Of a stretch of DNA of 64,000 bases, positions 30,613 to 41,318 are shown piece by piece. The notes beneath the pieces were generated by a model, which ran no database searches, was not told the origin of the DNA, and saw only the letters and a list, made by a program, of their open reading frames with translations. The position numbers were made by a program, and so were the translations under genes. The stretch is from Candidatus Cloacimonadales bacterium. GTDB taxonomy: Bacteria > Cloacimonadota > Cloacimonadia > Cloacimonadales > JAFGVF01. Position 1 is the stretch's first letter; every line of letters starts with the position of its first letter. Location: NCBI GenBank assembly GCA_963678315.1, contig OY782781.1, forward strand, positions 1,024,001-1,088,000, written 5' to 3'.

Positions 30613-30636
30613 GATTTCTCCTTTTTAAATTATATG

Positions 30637-33483
30637 TTATTTCAGTAAAATTATCTTCTCAGTGAATTCTTCTTTCTTATTATAAATTTTAACGAAATAG
30701 AATCCATTTGCTAGTTTTTTTTCAACTAAATTTAAGCTGATTTGGGCATCTTTAAAGTCTAAATTATTATATTCTGCTATCTTCTGTCCTTTTAAGTTAT
30801 AGAGACAAATCTTATCAGGATTATTCTTAGTATTAGATTTTATATTTAGGTAGCCCTTGGCAGGATTTGGATAAATCTCATAGTTTACGAGTGCAGGCTC
30901 TGAATCATCTGCATTTTCAACAGGGGGACTTGTGTTACTTAATAGACTAAGCATCATAGATCTTACTTCATTTTCTTGCATATAATATAGTGGAATACCA
31001 AACAAGAAAAGTTCATATCTTTCGTTAGAATTATAGATAGCTACAGCGTCATTGCTTTCTGCTTTTCTATAAAGAACATTTTCAGCATTGTTGAAAGTAG
31101 TAATCATTGATATATCACCATCCCAAGTAGATGGTAGAAGCTCTGCTCTAGTATTCAGAGTAGGGTAGAGATCACTGACAAAAGAAGAACATTCTGGTAG
31201 ATTACTTAAACTTACTTGTCTATCACCAATAAAAGTATTATAGAAGTCTTCAGGAATATCCAAAACAGATTTCCAACCTGAAATTACTAGTTTCCCACCA
31301 GAGAAGAGATAATTCCCTAATAAAGTAGAATAATCTCCTAGAGAGCTAGCAGACACGCTTTCATTATACCAAATAACAGCTTGGTAAGAAGAAATTAATT
31401 GCCATGTTAGTTCCTCACTATCTAAATCTATAGAGTCTACATTATATCCTGCAAAAAGCATTTCTTGATAGAAGTTATCAACTGCTTGGTCAGTAGGACT
31501 CAATACAGAACCAGTTCCATTTTGGGTGTCATCAACTAATAAGATTGCCTCAATTCCAGAAAACTCAGTAGGAACAGCAATTATATCTGTTTCTGTTGAA
31601 GGCAAGGTCTGGAAACCATCTTCAGTAACAAGTGTAACATAAAAGTGGTATTCTTGACCATTCTCTAGATTATCAATAATAATCTGATTAGCTTCTATAG
31701 GCTCTGTGTTGAATTGTGTCCAAGTGTCTTCTGCTAATTTCTTGTAGTAAACATTATAACCTGCAATAGCAAGCTGAGTAAAATCAATATCGAAGTCGTT
31801 TGTCCAAGATAGCAAAGCTGATTCATTTCCTGAATAAACATCTGCAATATGAAGCTGTTTATCTGACTTATAGCTAATCAAATTCCAATTATCTCTATCA
31901 ACTTCTAATTGATGAATATCTCCATTAATTGAAACAGTGTTAGAAAAGTTAAGTCCATGATTAAATTTAACATTCACGGAGTCACTATCTGTGTAGACAG
32001 GTATAGTTAGTTGGAACTGTGTATTGGTATTTGCAGTTACATCATTTAGAAACTTAATTTCATTGCTGTCATTGTTTATAAATGGCATATAAGTATATGA
32101 AGGAATACCGCTTGAATATATCCATTGATAGAAGAATTGCTCTAAGTCTAGCCCTGAAACACTTTCACAATGAGCAATAAACTCTTCTGTAACTACATTG
32201 CTATACTTGTTATTTTCAAACCAGCTTGCAATTATTTCCCAGAAAGTATCATTGCCAACTTCTAATCTCAACATGTGTAAGACAGATGCTGCTTTTTCAT
32301 AAGATGGTGGCGAGAAATAAGACATGTATTCCGGGTCATATATAGTTTGAGGACCATTGCTATTAGCCCAATTCTTGTAATAATTCTGGATATCAGTATT
32401 TACATATTCTATCATAGAATCATATCCATTTAAATGATAATCCCATACAGCTTCAGAGTAGACTGCAAATCCTTCAGAAAGCCATACATCTTTCCATGTG
32501 AGGGGAGTTAGACAGTTTCCGAACCAATGGTGGGAAAGTTCATGAGCTACCGTGTATTCTTCATCATCAGCTTCTCCATCGATAAAGTTAGTGCCCAGGG
32601 TTGTCATAGTTTGATGCTCCATTGCTCCGAATGTTTGCATTACTACCAGAGCCTGTCCATATTTTTCAAAAGGATATTCACCATAAAAGCTTGCATAAGT
32701 TTCCATCATCTCTGGAACTAAAGCAAAGTCAACTAAGCAATCATCATAGAAGTTGGATTGAACAAAGTGCTGGATAGGTACAAGTGTACCATCTTCTTTT
32801 TCATAAGTCTGTTCTATTAACTGATATGGTCCTATGTGAATTACTGCTAAGTATGTGGACATAGGATTTTCCCCAATCCATTCATAAGTTTTTGTTCCAT
32901 TACTGTTATCAGTTGTTTGCCCTTGTAAACCATTGCAAGCAGCAAGCCAATCAGATCTACAAGTTACATAGAAGTCTATTTCAGCTTTATCCCAAGGATG
33001 GTCGTAAGATGGCCACCAGAATCTACCAGCATTAGGGTCTGAAATTGTAAATACTGACTCATTTCTGAAAATCATGCCGATATTGTAGCCTTCACTCAAG
33101 CTAGGAGAACCTGAATAGAATACTTTGGTTGTAAATTCTTCTCCAGCATTCACATCAAGGTCAATACTGATAATGCCATTTGCAAAAGAATATTCAGCGT
33201 TTTGTCCATTTACTTCAACACTACTTATTCCTAACCCTTCTAATTCATACTCTATTTCAGATAAGTTTTCTTCAGCAAGAACAGTAGCTAAAACAGATCC
33301 TTGGATATATTCATTTTCATCATCTATTGTTAAATCAATTACATATCTTTCAACATCAAAACCATGCAGAGAATCGGCTAATACAGGTCTATCTAATCTA
33401 ACATTATTGCTTTCAAAATGTGGATGTGCTATTGCAAATGTTCCCCAAATTGATAACAGAATTATCATAATGTATTGTCTCAT
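30637..33483 (-). CDS. Secreted M1-family aminopeptidase with FN3 domain and T9SS-like C-terminal domain
   Basis: GAMEH, HELSHHWFG...WLSEG, YEKAASVLHMLR; IYPNP tail; likely start MRQYIMI at 33483 after GGGAG (track start 33543). Confidence 0.88.
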   Translation of the reverse strand: MRQYIMIILLSIWGTFAIAHPHFESNNVRLDRPVLADSLHGFDVERYVIDLTIDDENEYIQGSVLATVLAEENLSEIEYELEGLGISSVEVNGQNAEYSFANGIISIDLDVNAGEEFTTKVFYSGSPSLSEGYNIGMIFRNESVFTISDPNAGRFWWPSYDHPWDKAEIDFYVTCRSDWLAACNGLQGQTTDNSNGTKTYEWIGENPMSTYLAVIHIGPYQLIEQTYEKEDGTLVPIQHFVQSNFYDDCLVDFALVPEMMETYASFYGEYPFEKYGQALVVMQTFGAMEHQTMTTLGTNFIDGEADDEEYTVAHELSHHWFGNCLTPLTWKDVWLSEGFAVYSEAVWDYHLNGYDSMIEYVNTDIQNYYKNWANSNGPQTIYDPEYMSYFSPPSYEKAASVLHMLRLEVGNDTFWEIIASWFENNKYSNVVTEEFIAHCESVSGLDLEQFFYQWIYSSGIPSYTYMPFINNDSNEIKFLNDVTANTNTQFQLTIPVYTDSDSVNVKFNHGLNFSNTVSINGDIHQLEVDRDNWNLISYKSDKQLHIADVYSGNESALLSWTNDFDIDFTQLAIAGYNVYYKKLAEDTWTQFNTEPIEANQIIIDNLENGQEYHFYVTLVTEDGFQTLPSTETDIIAVPTEFSGIEAILLVDDTQNGTGSVLSPTDQAVDNFYQEMLFAGYNVDSIDLDSEELTWQLISSYQAVIWYNESVSASSLGDYSTLLGNYLFSGGKLVISGWKSVLDIPEDFYNTFIGDRQVSLSNLPECSSFVSDLYPTLNTRAELLPSTWDGDISMITTFNNAENVLYRKAESNDAVAIYNSNERYELFLFGIPLYYMQENEVRSMMLSLLSNTSPPVENADDSEPALVNYEIYPNPAKGYLNIKSNTKNNPDKICLYNLKGQKIAEYNNLDFKDAQISLNLVEKKLANGFYFVKIYNKKEEFTEKIILLK

Positions 33484-33634
33484 AGTTCTCCCAAATTTTT
33501 TATATTTTTTTATTAATAAAAATAGAGCTAGCATATTTGACAAGAAAAAAGTAAAATAAGTGGAGGGAGTCTTGTGTAATCGCCTTTTATGTTATGTTAA
33601 ATTCTTTTTAAATATAGGCTATTTATACTATAAT

Positions 33635-33840
33635 CTTAATGGTCTCCTGCATTAAATTGTCTTTTTATGCAGGTGGTGCAAGGGGACATAGGCAGTGTGG
33701 AGTTAGGAGTCGGTTACTGGGAACGCTCAGCTGCTAGCTGGCAAAGAGAAGTTAGCAATTACTGGGATCGCCAGCCTCCGCGCTGGCTTCACTTAGAACC
33801 TAGTGATAAGTGAATTGTAGAGACGAACGGCCGTTCGTCT
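33635..33840 (+). repeat. Modular repeat cluster 3 (A-variant, D, D, E, C)
   Basis: D at 33715 and 33760; E 33788-33814; C GTAGAGACGAACGGCCGTTCGTCT 33817-33840. Confidence 0.88.
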
Positions 33841-34057
33841 AAATTAATTGATAATGTTGGGAGTGTGAATCTGTAAACTAGTAACCCCGACTAGCCTATA
33901 TATCATTTGATAAAGGGCATAAGATATTATAAATGTATCGATTTAATCAACAAATCAAGTTAAGATTCTCTAAGCATAACATACTAAACCTAAAGTTTAA
34001 TCTTGACATATTTGCACTATTAAACAAATTAAGAATAATACATTCAAAAGGATAAGT

Positions 34058-35806
34058 ATGGAAACATTTAAGCATGTAAAGAAATATGTAAAAAAGAGTA
34101 TTCCACGTTTGGCTCTAGGCTTTTTAGTTTTGCTAGTTGTTGATGTAATTCAACTAGTTATCCCAATAATAACTAAGAATGCTATTGATAGAATTCAAGC
34201 ACAAGAGATTTTAAAATCAGGTCTATTAATAGTTGGGGCACAGATTCTTGGTTTAACCGTCGGAATAATGGTAATGAGGTTCTTCTGGAGAATTCTAATA
34301 ATAGGTAACTCTTTCATTATAGAAAAATTGATTAGAAATCAGTTCTATAAACATTTGATGAGACTTTCTCAAAACTTCTTTAACCATAATAAAATTGGTG
34401 ATTTAATGGCTCATGCTACCAATGACCTTACAGCAGTTAGAATGATGTTTGGATTTGGTTTGATAGCAGGTTTCGATATCCTTTTAATGGCAGTAGCTTC
34501 TTTAGCTTTCATGGTATCTATAAATCTGAAACTTACTTTATATGCTGTTATACCAATGCCTTTTATCTCAATAACCATTCTTATCTTTGGTAAGAAGCTT
34601 CAAAAAAGATTTATGAAGGTACAAGAATCATTCTCAGAAATGTCTGGAACAATTCAAGAATCAATTTCAGGAATTAGAGTGGTAAAAGCATTCGCTCAGG
34701 AGGATTCTGAATTAAAGAAAGTTAAGAAAAGCTCAATTAATTATGTAAAGAGAAACATTTCAATGGCATTGCTTGATGGTATATTCCATCCTTTCATGGG
34801 TTTTGTAATTAGTTTATCTATGCTAGTTACCCTTATTCTTGGAGGACAGCTAGCAATCAATGGTACTATTACTATTGGTGATTTCTATGCATTTAACTCC
34901 TATTTAGGCATGCTTATCTGGCCTATGATGGCTATTGGTTGGATTGTTAATCTATATCAAAGAGGTACTGCTTCTCTAAAAAGATTAAATAAAATCTTTG
35001 ATACTGAAGCTGAAATTACAGATGATGAAGCAGACTTTTCTATCAAAGATATTAAGGGTAAAATAGAAATAAATAACTTGAACTTCAATTATGAAGGTAG
35101 CAAGGCAAATGTATTTAACAACATTAGTACAGGTATTGATGTTGGACAAACTTTGGCTATTGTGGGAAGAACAGGTTGTGGAAAATCAACATTGATTGAT
35201 TTATTAGCAAGAATATATAATCCACCAAAGCGTTCTATATATATTGATGGCAATGAAATTCATAATATTCCTTTAGAAGTCCTTCACCGTGACTGTGTGA
35301 TGGTACCTCAGGATATTTTCCTCTTCTCTGATTCTATAGCTAATAACATTGCTTTGGGAAAACCTGATGCTTCTAGAAAAGAAATTGAAGAAGCTACTAA
35401 ATTAGCTCAAGTTTATGATGATATTATTGAGTTTGAAAATGGCTTTGATACAGTAGTAGGAGAACGTGGAGTTACTTTATCTGGTGGACAGAAACAACGT
35501 GTTGCTATTGCACGAGCTTTATTATGCAACCCTAGTATTCTTATATTAGATGATGCTCTTTCTGCAGTTGATACTCTAACAGAAAAGAACATTCTTAATC
35601 ATTTGATTGAATTTAGAAAAGCCAAAACGACAATCATAATCTCACATAGAATTTCATCTGTTAGTCATGCAGATAAGATAATTGTGATAGATAATGGCAA
35701 GATTGCTGAAAGTGGATCTCATGATGAACTTATTAGCCTTAATGGTTTGTATAAAGACTTAGATGATAAACAGAAAATAGAAGAACGTTTAGAAGGAGAG
35801 TTTTAG
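34058..35806 (+). CDS. ABC exporter, fused TMD-NBD, heterodimer subunit A
   Basis: GRTGCGKST, LSGGQKQR, ILILDD (non-canonical Walker B), SHR. Confidence 0.92.
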   Translation: METFKHVKKYVKKSIPRLALGFLVLLVVDVIQLVIPIITKNAIDRIQAQEILKSGLLIVGAQILGLTVGIMVMRFFWRILIIGNSFIIEKLIRNQFYKHLMRLSQNFFNHNKIGDLMAHATNDLTAVRMMFGFGLIAGFDILLMAVASLAFMVSINLKLTLYAVIPMPFISITILIFGKKLQKRFMKVQESFSEMSGTIQESISGIRVVKAFAQEDSELKKVKKSSINYVKRNISMALLDGIFHPFMGFVISLSMLVTLILGGQLAINGTITIGDFYAFNSYLGMLIWPMMAIGWIVNLYQRGTASLKRLNKIFDTEAEITDDEADFSIKDIKGKIEINNLNFNYEGSKANVFNNISTGIDVGQTLAIVGRTGCGKSTLIDLLARIYNPPKRSIYIDGNEIHNIPLEVLHRDCVMVPQDIFLFSDSIANNIALGKPDASRKEIEEATKLAQVYDDIIEFENGFDTVVGERGVTLSGGQKQRVAIARALLCNPSILILDDALSAVDTLTEKNILNHLIEFRKAKTTIIISHRISSVSHADKIIVIDNGKIAESGSHDELISLNGLYKDLDDKQKIEERLEGEF

Positions 35807-37948
35807 ATGCGTGGTAATCACGGAATGGATTTTGATGAAATAAAAACAAATATTCTAGATCGTAAGCTTCTAGGCAAACTACTTGTATACCTGAAACCAT
35901 ATTCTTTTATGGTGGTTGTAGCACTAGTAATTCTATTTATCATTGCTGGTATTGAGCTTGTTATACCTCTTATTACAAGAACTGCGTTGGATAATTTCAT
36001 TATTCCTAATAAACGCGTGTATCAAACAGTTGAAGTTGAGCAAGCAGACTTTATTCAGAGTAAACTTAAAGAAGAAGCCTATACAAAGATAAGCCTTCAA
36101 GACACAATAACTTTTGTTATTGATAATCAAGAAATTAAAAGAATTGCTAAAGTAGATGAAAAGTTTGCTTCTATAATAAACCAAAACCAAGAACTATATT
36201 ACCTGATTCCTTTGAACCAGAAGAACCGTTCTATCTTAGAAGAGAATTCTTTGATGGATAAGGTTAGTTTTATTGGTTCTGACAATGTGGCTATCCCATA
36301 TTCTCAAGTAAAAGTAATGTCTTCTTCTGATATCCTTAACTTGAACAAGAGAGTCGAATATCAATTGTTTGGGAAAAAGAACAGTATAATTAACTTCTAT
36401 ATCTTGGGACTAGTTTATCTAGTATTTATACTTCTTCGTTTTGTAGCTCAATTCTTGCAAACTTATATTTCAAGATATTTCTCACAGCACGCTATGAATG
36501 ATTTACGTTCAGACTTGTATGAACACCTTCAAAAGATGCCAGTTAGCTATTTTGATAAAAACCCTGTGGGAAGACTAGTTACTAGAGTTACTAACGATAT
36601 TAGAGCTCTAGATGAAATGCTCTCAGCTGGCGTTATAACAATTGTTCAAGATATGATTCTTATTGTTGTAATCGTGGTAATTATGCTGACATTAAATTGG
36701 AAATTAGCTCTGATTTCTTTTGCTACAATTCCATTAGTGATAGTTCTAATTAATATCTTTAAAAGCAAAACTAGAAAGATATACAGAGTAGTTAGAAAGA
36801 GACTTGCAAGCTTGAATGCAACTTTAGCTGAACACATGTCTGGAGCAAAGATTATTAACTTATTCAATCAAAGACAGGCTAAAGAAGCAGATTTCGAGAA
36901 GCTTAATGAAGAATACTTTGAAACTAACTTCCAGCAGTTAAAACTATTTGCCTTCTTTAGACCAACTATTCATGTAATGTCGCAAATAGCAACAGCTTTA
37001 ATTCTCTGGTACGGTGGTGGACAGATTCTTGATGGTATCATCACTATCGGTACATTTACAGCCTTCACATTCTACGTTGGAAAACTATTCCAGCCAATTA
37101 ACGACTTTAGTGAGAAGTTTAATATCTTGCAAGGTGCCATGGCTGGTGCTGAAAGAATCTTCGACTTAATGGCTATGGATCTTGATGATTATAGAGAAGA
37201 ATTGACTATGAATAAAATCATGAACGGCTCTATTGAATTTAAGAATGTCTGGCTTGCATATATTGAAGAAGATTGGATTCTTAAAGATGTATCTTTCAAG
37301 ATTAATAAAGGTGAAAAGGTGGCTCTTGTAGGTCATACTGGTTCTGGTAAAACATCTATCGTTAACTTAATTCTTGGCATGTATCCATATCAAAAAGGTC
37401 AAATCCTTATTGATGGTAAGTCTCTCAAAGAATACTCTTTACACGATATAAGAAATAATATTGGCATTGTTCAACAAGATGTCTTCTTGTTCTCTGGAAC
37501 TATAAAAGACAATATTCTGCTTAGTAATACAAAGTTAACTGACAACGATATGCACAGAGTTGCTAAACATGTTAACGTTGATAAATTCATAGAAAGTCTT
37601 CCAGAAAAATACTATGAGCCTGTTATGGAGAGAGGTTCAACCTTCTCTGTTGGGCAAAGACAGTTGATGGCTTTTGCTCGTGTTTTAGCTTACAATCCAG
37701 CTATATTCATTCTCGATGAAGCTACTTCCAACATTGATACTGAAACTGAAATCTTGATTCAAGATGCTCTTGAAAAGATAATGGAGAATAGAACTTCTAT
37801 TATTATTGCTCATAGACTGTCAACGATTCAACATTCTGATAGAATTATTGTGCTACATAAGGGAAAAATTGTTGAACAAGGCAATCATCAAGAACTTTTG
37901 CAAAAAGAAGGACTTTATTACGACCTTTATAGACTGCAATACAGTTAG
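35807..37948 (+). CDS. ABC exporter, fused TMD-NBD, heterodimer subunit B
   Basis: GHTGSGKTS, FSVGQRQ (degenerate signature), ILDEATS, AHRLST. Confidence 0.92.
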   Translation: MRGNHGMDFDEIKTNILDRKLLGKLLVYLKPYSFMVVVALVILFIIAGIELVIPLITRTALDNFIIPNKRVYQTVEVEQADFIQSKLKEEAYTKISLQDTITFVIDNQEIKRIAKVDEKFASIINQNQELYYLIPLNQKNRSILEENSLMDKVSFIGSDNVAIPYSQVKVMSSSDILNLNKRVEYQLFGKKNSIINFYILGLVYLVFILLRFVAQFLQTYISRYFSQHAMNDLRSDLYEHLQKMPVSYFDKNPVGRLVTRVTNDIRALDEMLSAGVITIVQDMILIVVIVVIMLTLNWKLALISFATIPLVIVLINIFKSKTRKIYRVVRKRLASLNATLAEHMSGAKIINLFNQRQAKEADFEKLNEEYFETNFQQLKLFAFFRPTIHVMSQIATALILWYGGGQILDGIITIGTFTAFTFYVGKLFQPINDFSEKFNILQGAMAGAERIFDLMAMDLDDYREELTMNKIMNGSIEFKNVWLAYIEEDWILKDVSFKINKGEKVALVGHTGSGKTSIVNLILGMYPYQKGQILIDGKSLKEYSLHDIRNNIGIVQQDVFLFSGTIKDNILLSNTKLTDNDMHRVAKHVNVDKFIESLPEKYYEPVMERGSTFSVGQRQLMAFARVLAYNPAIFILDEATSNIDTETEILIQDALEKIMENRTSIIIAHRLSTIQHSDRIIVLHKGKIVEQGNHQELLQKEGLYYDLYRLQYS

Positions 37949-38093
37949 TCCTATACGCATTTTAACAAAAACTTAATACTTTTTAGCTTATTTTATGCAT
38001 TTTAAGTAAATATATTAAAAAAAATGTTTGACATTGTTTTTAATAGACATAATATGCCTTAATGAAATTTTATAATAAAACTCATGGGAGGAA

Positions 38094-40841
38094 ATGATGA
38101 AAAAAAACTTGTTATTTGTACTCGCGTTTATTCTAGTAGTTAGTTCTGCATTCGCTAATTCTTTTAAAGTAGCTGAATTCAATGCTAACAATGAAAAAAA
38201 CACACGTTACGAACAAATTTCTTGGATTGATGATTTCGAAGGTGAAGACAACTGGACATCTGTTGATGAAACAAATGCTCCTCAAGCTTGGGAATCTCAT
38301 GAAGAAGGTGGAACATACGGTGATGTATGGTACATGGGTGGAGATATTAATGGTTATGTAGATAACTTATATCTCGTTTTAGACACTCCAGCTATTAATG
38401 TTACAGCTGGTAATTCAACATTAACTTTTGACTTAAACTACGCATTTGAAGGTCCTGGTGTATCAGGCGATTATGATGGTTGGGACGGTGGTAACATCCG
38501 TGTTTCTACTGACCAAGAAAACTGGACTGTTTTAACAGGTGCTCCTGCATATAACTGTACTTCAATGTACTCTTTCGGCGAAATTCACGGTGAAGGTGCT
38601 GGTGTAGCTGGTTGGGGCGGAAGCTCAAACGGTTGGACAGAAGCTTCATTTAACTTATCAGCTTATGAAGGTCAAACAGTATATGTAAGATTTGCATTTG
38701 CTTCAGATCCTGCTTATAACACAACTGATGATGCTACATTATTCGGTATGAAAGTTGATAACATCTCTTTAGGTGATTTCACTAATGATGGTACTGAAGG
38801 TCAAATGGTTCCTTCTTCAATGGTTCCTCTAGGTGGCGACATCTGGAATCTTGCTGAAGTTACTAATGCTTTCTCAGGTACTCACGTATACCAATTACAA
38901 AATGATGAAGGTACTTATAATCCTAATATGATTAATGGTATCATCTCTCCAGTTATTACTCTTCCAGCTGATGGCGACATTATCGCTACTTTCGAAGCTA
39001 TGGGTAACTGGGTAGATCCAGAAGATGAAGTTCAAGGAACTCCTCTTAGTGATTTAGAATATGTTGGTTTTGAAGTTTCTTTAGAAGGTGAAGACCAATG
39101 GTATGCTATGTCAAACCCTTACGGTTTAGATACTGGTTCTAACTATGTTTATTCTTCAATGGCTGACGTTTGGATGCCTTTCCATGAAGCTTACACTGGT
39201 TTAGACGGTAGAATCGATGATTATGCTGGTGAAGATGTAAGATTTAAATTCTACTTCAAATCTGATGGTGACACTCCTTCAGGTACTGGTGTAATGGTTG
39301 ACGACTTTAGAATCATCAACGATGTATTCTTAGCTAACCCTACAAACTTAAACGCTGATGTTATTGATAACTCAGAAGTTGAATTATCATGGGATGCTCC
39401 ATTATTAATGGCTCCATCAGAAGTTGTTTGGACTGATGCTTCATGGGCATCATTCATTAATGACGCTGCTCCTTATGCAATCAAAATTGTAAATGATGAT
39501 AATTATGATAAACCACTTGCTGATGTAAGCTTTATGCTTTACAACACTGAAGGTACTATCGCTGGTACTGCTTCTGTTTACGCTTGGGCAGACAATAATG
39601 GTCTTCCTGGTACAGAATTAGCTGCTGTTACTGGTGTTGCAGATATCACTTCACAAGCATGGACATTAGTAGACTTCTCAGCAGAAGGCGTTGTAGTTCC
39701 TGCTAATGGTGCTATTTACGTTGGTGTTGGTGACTTCGAAAACGATAGTAACCAACAAGGTCTTCTTTGTGATACAACATCTGAAACTGTAATGTCATTC
39801 ACATTCGGTCAAGGCGTATGGTCACAAATCGATGCTGCTTATGATACAGTTAAAAATGTTGCTTTAAAAGCTAACATCTTAGAAAGTGATTCTTCAATCC
39901 CTAATGCTGATAGCTATGTAGTTTATCATTCAGAAGATGGTGTTGATTACTCACAATTAACTGAAACAACTGCTTTAACTTATACTCATACTAGCCCAGT
40001 TCAAGGTGCAACTAACTACTATAAAGTTACTGCAATGTTCGGTGCAAATGAATCTACTGGTACTATCACAACAGCTTTCTTATTACCTGCTGGTTTAAGT
40101 GAAGTTTCTAATGATGATGGTTCTTCAGAAGGTGCTTATGAAGCTGGTGTTGGTGCATTAGTTGCAACTAAATATCAACATGATTACCAAGCTACTTTAA
40201 AGTATATCAAATTATACGTTGAAGAAGTTGGTACTGGTGCTACTCTTTGCAGAATCCACGAAAATGATGGTGGAATTCCTGGTACTCAATTAGCAAACGT
40301 TGTTATTCAACCTGCTAACTTAATTGAAGGTTGGAACACTATCGAATTAGATAACGAATTTGAATTTGTAACAGGTTCATTCTTTATCGTATTTGTTAAT
40401 GTTAACAACACATCAGCTATCGGTTTTGACGAAGATACTAATGGTATGACTTGGTCATCAACTGACGGTGGTGCTAACTGGGCAGATGTAACAGAAGGTA
40501 ACTTATTAGTTCGTGCTATCGTTGAAGATGGTGGTACTGATAATGATAACAATGAAGTTCTTCCTTTTGTTTCTTCAGTAAGCAACTATCCTAACCCATT
40601 CAACCCAGAAACAACTATTAGCTTCAACATGTCAAAAACAGGTAAAGCTAACGTTTCTATCTACAACATTAAAGGTCAATTAGTTAAATCTCTTCTTAAC
40701 GGAACAGTTTCAGCTGGTCAAAAAGACCTTGTATGGAATGGTACAGACAACAATAATAACTCTGTTGCTTCAGGTGTTTATTTCTACAAAGTAGAAACTT
40801 CAAACCAAACAATCAACAGAAAAATGGTTCTTCAAAAATAA
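38094..40841 (+). CDS. Secreted acidic beta-rich protein with FlgD-Ig/T9SS-type C-terminal domain
   Basis: Signal peptide; jelly-roll-like repeats (WDGG, VRFAFASD, VDD); FN3 NPTNL; NYPNPFNPETTISF...VASGVYFYK tail. Confidence 0.8.
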   Translation: MMKKNLLFVLAFILVVSSAFANSFKVAEFNANNEKNTRYEQISWIDDFEGEDNWTSVDETNAPQAWESHEEGGTYGDVWYMGGDINGYVDNLYLVLDTPAINVTAGNSTLTFDLNYAFEGPGVSGDYDGWDGGNIRVSTDQENWTVLTGAPAYNCTSMYSFGEIHGEGAGVAGWGGSSNGWTEASFNLSAYEGQTVYVRFAFASDPAYNTTDDATLFGMKVDNISLGDFTNDGTEGQMVPSSMVPLGGDIWNLAEVTNAFSGTHVYQLQNDEGTYNPNMINGIISPVITLPADGDIIATFEAMGNWVDPEDEVQGTPLSDLEYVGFEVSLEGEDQWYAMSNPYGLDTGSNYVYSSMADVWMPFHEAYTGLDGRIDDYAGEDVRFKFYFKSDGDTPSGTGVMVDDFRIINDVFLANPTNLNADVIDNSEVELSWDAPLLMAPSEVVWTDASWASFINDAAPYAIKIVNDDNYDKPLADVSFMLYNTEGTIAGTASVYAWADNNGLPGTELAAVTGVADITSQAWTLVDFSAEGVVVPANGAIYVGVGDFENDSNQQGLLCDTTSETVMSFTFGQGVWSQIDAAYDTVKNVALKANILESDSSIPNADSYVVYHSEDGVDYSQLTETTALTYTHTSPVQGATNYYKVTAMFGANESTGTITTAFLLPAGLSEVSNDDGSSEGAYEAGVGALVATKYQHDYQATLKYIKLYVEEVGTGATLCRIHENDGGIPGTQLANVVIQPANLIEGWNTIELDNEFEFVTGSFFIVFVNVNNTSAIGFDEDTNGMTWSSTDGGANWADVTEGNLLVRAIVEDGGTDNDNNEVLPFVSSVSNYPNPFNPETTISFNMSKTGKANVSIYNIKGQLVKSLLNGTVSAGQKDLVWNGTDNNNNSVASGVYFYKVETSNQTINRKMVLQK

Positions 40842-40861
40842 GAAGACATCATAAATAAATT

Positions 40862-40895
40862 AAAGACTCTTGGCTTTGCTGAGAGTCTTTTTTTT
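40862..40895 (+). terminator. Intrinsic terminator
   Basis: AAAGACTCTTGGC-TTT-GCTGAGAGTCTTT plus T-tract. Confidence 0.85.
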
Positions 40896-40967
40896 GTATA
40901 TAATATATAAGGCCTGGCTCAATTAGACGTTTTTCACTCCTTACTCTAAGACATTTTTAGAGATAAT

Positions 40968-41128
40968 CCCATTTGATGCAGTAGGCTTCTCGAGAAGAGT
41001 GCAGATTATTTCAGCAAAATAAGTTACAGAATCGAAGTTTGAATAATATATATTCTAGCTGAGATTATGGAAGTTATTCTTGCAAAATAATATAGTACTA
41101 TTCTAGAAGTTCTACTGTATTAGATGGG
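40968..41128 (-). mobile_element. 161-bp MITE, copy 2 (inverted relative to copy 1)
   Basis: Reverse complement matches 23798-23958 with 5 mismatches by eye; 5-bp duplication ATAAT (40963-67, 41129-33). Confidence 0.9.
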
Positions 41129-41141
41129 ATAATTACTCCAT

Positions 41142-41318
41142 CCTTACTTGCCTCCTTGAAAAAATGCCGATTTTTCAATGAGACCCTTAAGGCAGCAGTA
41201 AGGAATGAGGAGTTAGGACACTAGGAAAGGAGTGCGGCGTTAGGAGTGTAAGCATCCGCCGATAGGTTGAACATAGTTCATGCTTACGCAAACTGTATAG
41301 ACGAACGGATGTTCGTCT
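41142..41318 (+). repeat. Modular repeat cluster 4 (A, B, C), interrupted at C by the IS; continues at 42990-43169
   Basis: A 41142-41192; B 41246-41289; C from 41295; duplicated C core 42990-43009; inverted F-like 43151-43169. Confidence 0.85.

Noticed and set aside
33715..33840. Hairpin modules as integron attC sites
   Set aside because: No RYYYAAC/GTTRRRY core pairs, no cassette ORFs between units and no integrase.
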